Assembly (NCBI GenBank): GCA_001778235.1
Contig: MFGJ01000001.1
Coordinates: 165,605-229,604 of the forward strand
Reading direction: 5' to 3'
Source: Candidatus Falkowbacteria bacterium RIFOXYC2_FULL_36_12
GTDB taxonomy: Bacteria; Patescibacteriota; Patescibacteriia; UBA11705
DNA: 64,000 nucleotides
Of this stretch, positions 58,472-64,000 are shown one piece after another; within the stretch, counting starts at the first letter, position 1, and the number at the start of each line of letters is the position of its first letter. The notes under the pieces are model-generated. The model had not been told where the DNA came from. It was given only the letters and a program-made list of their open reading frames with translations, and did no database searches. The position numbers and the translations under genes were made by a program.

Positions 58472-61252
58472 ATGAGTAAAAAGAAAAAATTTGTGATATT
58501 TGATGGTAATGCTGTGGTGCATCGGGCATTTCATGCTTTACCGCCATTAAAAACAAAAGATGGCCGTCTAGTCAATGCGGTTTTTGGTTTTACATCAATA
58601 TTGTTAAAAGCAATGAAAGAATTGAAACCTGATTATATTGCGGTTACTTTTGATTTGAAAGGTAAAACTTTTCGTCATGAAAAATTTGCAGAGTATAAAG
58701 CAACTAGAGTAAAACAAGCTGATGAACTGTATGAACAATTTCCGATAGTAAAGGATGTTGTCAGAGCTTTTAATATAAATATTTATGAAAAACAGGGGTT
58801 TGAAGCGGATGATTTGATTGGGACGCTTTGTGATAAGAAACAAGTAAATCGAGATGATGTTACCAGCGTGATTGTGACTGGTGATATGGATACCTTGCAA
58901 CTGGTTGATGACAACACAGAGGTGTTTACTTTGCGAAAAGGTATGACTGATACGGTGATCTATGATGAAAAAGCTGTGAAAGAAAAGTTTGATGGACTTG
59001 GTCCGGATCAAATGATTGATTATAAGGCTTTGCGAGGAGATCCGTCAGATAATATTCCTGGGGTGAAAGGAATTGGGGAGAAGACAGCGATAGAGCTATT
59101 GAAACAATTTGGTAGTTTGGAAAAATTGTATAAAGAAATAAAGCAAGAAAGCAAAAAAACAATAAATCAAATTAAGGAACGAGTGAGGAATTTGTTGATT
59201 GAACATGAGAAGGATGCGTTTATGAGTCAGGATTTGGCGCGGATTAGGAGAGATGTGAAGGTGAAATTTAATTTGGAGGATAATAAGGTGAAAGATTATG
59301 ATAAGAAGAAAATTTTAGAGTTGTTTTCGGAGTTGCAATTCAATAGTTTGCTTAGTAGGTTGCCGGAGCAAGAAGGAGGTCAGAAAGATTTATTTGGGAA
59401 GGTTGATATAGTTTCGGAAGTGGAATATACGGGTGATAGAGGTGAGTATAAATTAATTGATAATGAGATTGCTTTTGCAAAGTTTTTGGGAGAATTAAAA
59501 CAGCAAAAAGTTTTTTGTTTTGATACAGAGACAGATTCTCTAGATGCGATGAATGCAAAACTTCTAGGAATTAGTTTTTGTTGGAAAGAAGGTGAAGCCT
59601 ATTATGTAAGTTACGGATTTACGAAAATTACAGATACTACAGATGATAATAACTGGTTAAAAAAATTGAAACCAATATTTGAGGATGAAAAAGTGAAAAA
59701 AGTGGCACATAATATGAAGTTTGATGCTAAACAGTTGAAGCTAAATGGGATAGAAATGAAAGGTTTTTATTTTGATACGATGATTGCATCATATTTGTTA
59801 AATTCTGGTTCTAGGCAACATGGTCTTGATGCTCTGGCGCTTGAAGAGCTTCGACATGAGATGATTCCGATCAAAGCTTTGATTGGTGAAGGTAAAAAAG
59901 CGATTTCATTGGCAGAGGTTGATGTTGCCAAGGTGGCTGAATATTCAGGTGAGGATGCGGATTTCACCTGGAGGCTTTATAAAAAATTTGAACCAAGATT
60001 GAAAAAAGAAAATTTATATAAGTTGTTTGAAACAATTGAAATGCCATTGGTGCAGGTGTTGCTTGAGATGGAAGTGAACGGTATAAAACTGGATGTTGAC
60101 CATTTGATGAAAGTTGGCAAGAAAGTGGATGCGAGAATTATAATTTTGGAAAAAGAAATCCAAGAATTAGCTGGAATGGAGTTTAATGTTAGTTCACCAA
60201 AACAGTTAGCGGAAATTTTATTTGAAAAATTGGAGATTCCAACTCATGGTTTGAAGAAAACTAAGACTGGGATTTCAACTGCAGCGCCTGAACTGGAAAA
60301 ATTGAGAGGACAACATAAGATTATTGATTTAATTTCAGAATATAGGGAATTAACAAAACTAAAATCAACATATATTGATGCTCTGCCAAAAATGATTGAT
60401 AAAAAAACTGGTAGAATTCATACCAATTTTAATCAAGCGATTACTGCGACAGGTAGATTGTCATCATCTGATCCGAATTTGCAAAATATTCCGATAAGAA
60501 CTGAATTAGGTCGTGAAATGAGAAAAGCATTTGTGTCAGACCGCGGTAACAAGCTCATTGCTGCTGATTATTCTCAAATTGAACTTCGAGTTGTAGCTTG
60601 TTTGGCCAAGGATCAAAATATGATGGAAGTTTTTAAACAAGGAAAAGATATTCATAGTGCGACGGCGGCAAAAATTTTTGATGTTGAGGAAAAAGATGTG
60701 ACCAAAGATATGAGAAGGAAAGCCAAGGAAGTTAATTTTGGGGTGCTTTATGGACTTGGTTCAAGGGGGTTGGCTCAACGGACTGGGATTACAACGGCAG
60801 AAGCGCAGGAATTTATTCAAAAATATTTTGATAACTATAAAAAAGTAAAAGAGTACACTGAAGAAATGGTAGAAATGGCAAGAAAGACTCAATTGGCTGA
60901 AACAATGTTTGGTCGAGTGAGACATTTGCCGGATATAAATGCTAGTATGCCAATGCTTCGAGCAGCAGCAGAGAGAATTGCAGTAAATATGCCGATTCAG
61001 GGAACAGCAGCTGATCTGATGAAGATTGCCATGATTGAAGTTTATAAAGAATTGAAAAAAATATCTCCAGAGTCAAAAATGCTTTTACAGGTGCATGATG
61101 AATTGGTGATTGAGACTCCAAATAAGGAAGTAAAAAAAGTGGCAAAAGTGATTGATGAAAAGATGGAGAAAATTCATAAGCTGGCAGTGCCGATCAAGGT
61201 GGATATTGAGGTCGGGGGGAATTGGGATGAGATGGAACGAGTGGTGGAATAG
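58472..61252 (+). CDS. polA: DNA polymerase I
   Basis: 5'-3' exo domain, FDTET 3'-5' exo motif, ADYSQIELR, K..NFG.LYG, LLQVHDEL. Confidence 0.97.
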   Translation: MSKKKKFVIFDGNAVVHRAFHALPPLKTKDGRLVNAVFGFTSILLKAMKELKPDYIAVTFDLKGKTFRHEKFAEYKATRVKQADELYEQFPIVKDVVRAFNINIYEKQGFEADDLIGTLCDKKQVNRDDVTSVIVTGDMDTLQLVDDNTEVFTLRKGMTDTVIYDEKAVKEKFDGLGPDQMIDYKALRGDPSDNIPGVKGIGEKTAIELLKQFGSLEKLYKEIKQESKKTINQIKERVRNLLIEHEKDAFMSQDLARIRRDVKVKFNLEDNKVKDYDKKKILELFSELQFNSLLSRLPEQEGGQKDLFGKVDIVSEVEYTGDRGEYKLIDNEIAFAKFLGELKQQKVFCFDTETDSLDAMNAKLLGISFCWKEGEAYYVSYGFTKITDTTDDNNWLKKLKPIFEDEKVKKVAHNMKFDAKQLKLNGIEMKGFYFDTMIASYLLNSGSRQHGLDALALEELRHEMIPIKALIGEGKKAISLAEVDVAKVAEYSGEDADFTWRLYKKFEPRLKKENLYKLFETIEMPLVQVLLEMEVNGIKLDVDHLMKVGKKVDARIIILEKEIQELAGMEFNVSSPKQLAEILFEKLEIPTHGLKKTKTGISTAAPELEKLRGQHKIIDLISEYRELTKLKSTYIDALPKMIDKKTGRIHTNFNQAITATGRLSSSDPNLQNIPIRTELGREMRKAFVSDRGNKLIAADYSQIELRVVACLAKDQNMMEVFKQGKDIHSATAAKIFDVEEKDVTKDMRRKAKEVNFGVLYGLGSRGLAQRTGITTAEAQEFIQKYFDNYKKVKEYTEEMVEMARKTQLAETMFGRVRHLPDINASMPMLRAAAERIAVNMPIQGTAADLMKIAMIEVYKELKKISPESKMLLQVHDELVIETPNKEVKKVAKVIDEKMEKIHKLAVPIKVDIEVGGNWDEMERVVE

Positions 61253-61349
61253 TGTAATATTGAAATAATGTTGAAAATAAGTGGTAATATAGTTGGAAAT
61301 AGTGAAATAGTGTAAGGATGATTTTTGGGGTTTATTTAAAGTTTGTATT

Positions 61350-62342
61350 ATGGAAAAGAAAAAGCAAATATTTTTATGGTATGGTCAGAATAATTTTGAT
61401 CTTCAGCAAACCATGCAACAGTGGATGAGTTTATTTGAAAAAAAATATTCAGGATTTAATATTGTTCGGCTTGATGTGGATGAAAAACAAGTTAAAGGAA
61501 AATTTGTTACTGATTTAAAAACTGCTTTGCAGGTTGACTCATTGTTTGGGGCGAATAAACTAATCATTGTAAAAAATTTGTTAATACCAGCGAATCTGAA
61601 AGAGGAAGTTGAGGAATTGCTGTTTTCAAGTTTAGAAAAAATATCTGATAGTTTCTTTCTAATTTTTGTTCAGGATAAGAAACCGGATGCTAGGAGTAAG
61701 GTGTTTAAATTTTTGAAATCTCTGGAAAAAACAAATTTAGTAGAAATAAAAGAGTTTTTGGCGCCAAGACCATTTGAGTTAAACAACTGGATATTGAAAC
61801 GAGTTGAATATTACAAGGGAAAAATTGAAAACAAAGCTGTTGAGATGATGTCAGCTCTGGTTGGGCCGGATTTGTGGCTACTAGATAGTGAAATTCAAAA
61901 ATTAATTGCCTATGCTGAAGATGGGATGATTTCAGCTGATGATGTAAAGAAAATGGTAAAAGGTAAATATAATGAAGATATATTTCAATTGATGGATGCT
62001 ATCAGCCAGAAAAATAAAGTTAAAGCTTGGAAGTTAATCAGGGATCAGCTTGATAGCGGAGCTAATGAGATTTATTTGTTTACTATGCTGGTGCGACAAT
62101 TCAGATTATTGCGACAAATAAAAATATTTGTTACAGAAAAAAAAGTTAGTGATAGTCAAATTATTGCTCGAGAATTGAAAATACATCCTTTTGTGGTGCA
62201 AAAGATATTAGGACAGGTAAGTAGTTTTTCATTGGATCAATTAAAAGAAATATATAGACAACTTTTGGAATTTGAAATTGGTTTAAAAAATAAAAATTTT
62301 AAGTTTAATTTATTGTTTGACAAATTTATTACCCAATTATAA
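61350..62342 (+). CDS. holA: DNA polymerase III delta subunit
   Basis: SLFG..KLIIV, D.R.K.FK, DL..L.SEI.KL, IFQL.DAI, L.IHPFVV.K. Confidence 0.85.
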   Translation: MEKKKQIFLWYGQNNFDLQQTMQQWMSLFEKKYSGFNIVRLDVDEKQVKGKFVTDLKTALQVDSLFGANKLIIVKNLLIPANLKEEVEELLFSSLEKISDSFFLIFVQDKKPDARSKVFKFLKSLEKTNLVEIKEFLAPRPFELNNWILKRVEYYKGKIENKAVEMMSALVGPDLWLLDSEIQKLIAYAEDGMISADDVKKMVKGKYNEDIFQLMDAISQKNKVKAWKLIRDQLDSGANEIYLFTMLVRQFRLLRQIKIFVTEKKVSDSQIIARELKIHPFVVQKILGQVSSFSLDQLKEIYRQLLEFEIGLKNKNFKFNLLFDKFITQL

Positions 62343-62388
62343 GATTAATTATACCTTTGGTTCTAACAGCCAAAGGTAAGGGGGAATA

Positions 62389-63126
62389 GTGGATGAAATA
62401 ACCAGAGATTATGGTATTAGAATTGTAGGCTTTGGAAATGTTCTTTTTGTCTCACCACATAGCGCAGAAGGTTTTGAAGCGGGTGTAAACTATTTGGTGG
62501 CAAAAATTTGTGTAGCGACTGGAGCTTCGGCCATTATAAATACCCAAATTTTGCGTTCAAGAGTTGATTTGAATAGATTTGATCAGGTAAATGATAATTT
62601 TTTGATGGTTCCGGCGGTTGGGAAATATTTCAATGATTTGTGGCGGACAATTGTAGATTTGAAAGAAAAATTTGATCATCCGGTGGTTATTTTTATGCAT
62701 TTTTGTCCCCGAGTGTATATCAGACAAAGATGTTTGTATCAAAGGGTTGAGAATGGAGCTTTGGTGAAAAAACAAGTTGGTGAAAGCAGGGATTTTGATA
62801 TTGATATTGGTTGTGGTTTGACAATGATTAATTCAGGCACTTCAGGAATTTATGCCCCGGCAAAACAAATTATTCCGAGTCGTGGCAGAGGTAGACCAAC
62901 AATTGATTTGACTAGGTTGATTCAGATTCAAAATAGTTTGAGTCAGGGAAATCATTTGAAAGTAATGGTCGGTAGAGAGTGGGCGGCGGCTAACAGAGAA
63001 AATATGGTTCAGTGGTCAATCGAACATTATAATATTGATACTGTTCAGCTCGAAATATGTTCTGATGTAGCAGAAAGTGACAATGTTTTGTCTGTACTTT
63101 GTAAAATGGTAAATGATTTGAAATAA
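62389..63126 (+). CDS. hypothetical protein, possible N-formylglutamate amidohydrolase-like Zn hydrolase fold
   Basis: SPHS, R..VDLNR, IFMH, IDIG and VQLE motifs. Confidence 0.5.
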   Translation: MDEITRDYGIRIVGFGNVLFVSPHSAEGFEAGVNYLVAKICVATGASAIINTQILRSRVDLNRFDQVNDNFLMVPAVGKYFNDLWRTIVDLKEKFDHPVVIFMHFCPRVYIRQRCLYQRVENGALVKKQVGESRDFDIDIGCGLTMINSGTSGIYAPAKQIIPSRGRGRPTIDLTRLIQIQNSLSQGNHLKVMVGREWAAANRENMVQWSIEHYNIDTVQLEICSDVAESDNVLSVLCKMVNDLK

Positions 63127-63162
63127 CAAAAAACTCCTTATCAAGGAGCTTTTTTTATAGGG

Positions 63163-63432
63163 TTATTTTGAAGTTTTTTGTTTGTTTAGTTTTTTCATTA
63201 ATCTTGATTTGCGTCTAGCTACAGTATTTTTTTTCATGATTCCTTGTTTGATAGCTTTGTCTAAAAGTTTTTGAGCTTGTTTGATTTGAGCATCAATATC
63301 TTTGGCCTTGTTATCGATTGATTTACGAGTTTTCTTAACCAAAGTTTTTACAGTGCTTTTCAAAATCTTATTTTTTGCTTCGCGCTTTTTTGATTGTCGC
63401 AAAGCTTTTATGGCTTGTTGTTTTTGTGGCAT
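63163..63432 (-). CDS. rpsT: 30S ribosomal protein S20
   Basis: MP....AIKALRQS.KR...N...KS..KT, LDKA.K.G.MKKN..AR.KSRL. Confidence 0.95.
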   Translation of the reverse strand: MPQKQQAIKALRQSKKREAKNKILKSTVKTLVKKTRKSIDNKAKDIDAQIKQAQKLLDKAIKQGIMKKNTVARRKSRLMKKLNKQKTSK

Positions 63433-63686
63433 ATTTGATTGAGCGAGATAAGCAAGAACAGCAAGTACAGCAAGTACTGTACGGAATTTTGCTTAATTCG
63501 TTTGAAATTTAAAAATTTTCAGTATTTGATTAATAAATGTAACCCAGAGTATAAATGTCTGGATTGAGAACTGTGAGTATAATATAAAAAAGTTGATAAA
63601 TTGTCAAGTGGGAGCAAGTTTTGACTATTAGATTGAAGCTTGATACTATTCAAAGAGTTATTATTATGCAGGAAAGAGGGGGGAAA

Positions 63687-64000
63687 ATGCAAGGGAAAAA
63701 ATGTTCTTTTTGTGGTCAACCAATAGAAGTTGTAAAAAAGTTAATTCAAGGGGGGAAATTGCCAATTAAGACAATTTGTACAGATTGTGTGGCTCTGTGT
63801 AATCATGTTATTGCAGAGGAAACAAAATCAGGAATTGTAAAAGTGGTGTTGGTCAATGAAAAACATGTTGTTTTAATGTTGTCTGATGAGTTGAAGGTGA
63901 TCTTGAGTTTTGATGATAATCTTGAGGGTTTTTTGAAAATGTGGAGATTTTTATGCAATAATATTCTGGCTTCAGATGATGATGATATTGAGCCTAAATG
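63687..64000 (+). CDS. ClpX-type C4 zinc-finger protein, truncated by the window end
   Basis: my translation: MQGKKCSFCGQ....KKLIQG......ICTDCVALC; the frame stays open to the end. Confidence 0.7.
   Translation, partial: MQGKKCSFCGQPIEVVKKLIQGGKLPIKTICTDCVALCNHVIAEETKSGIVKVVLVNEKHVVLMLSDELKVILSFDDNLEGFLKMWRFLCNNILASDDDDIEPK

Overview
Low-GC chromosomal segment of a Patescibacteria (CPR) bacterium, probably Parcubacteria/ABY1-like. This is inferred from the CPR-type 16S, the VirB2-like pilin array, the rpsP-khpA-trmD locus without rimM, and CPR-type surface proteins. Housekeeping genes: galU, PGI/PMI, yebC-ruvC, class A PBP, recX, smc, recQ, trmD, rpsP, prs, polA, holA and rpsT. There is a stand-alone 16S gene followed by five tRNAs with no 23S, plus tRNA-Cys. 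Accessory loci include eight tandem pilins, a four-ATP-grasp-ligase cluster and many small palindromic repeats. Two loci stand out. (1) 51.2-56.3 kb is an integron-like cassette array beside a short Xer-like tyrosine recombinase that lacks the IntI-specific insertion. Its attI and attC-like sites have dif-like 11-6-11 architecture, an ORF-less 170-bp cassette recurs three times, and several gene cassettes have a 5' UTR that is the reverse complement of their own 3' end. (2) 40.6-42.4 kb is a tandem array of 516-609 bp single-gene modules behind tRNA-Gly. Each ends in a copy of the tRNA 3' terminus plus a T-arm-like att arm, and no recombinase lies in the array. All calls are from reading the sequence; no searches or folding were run.
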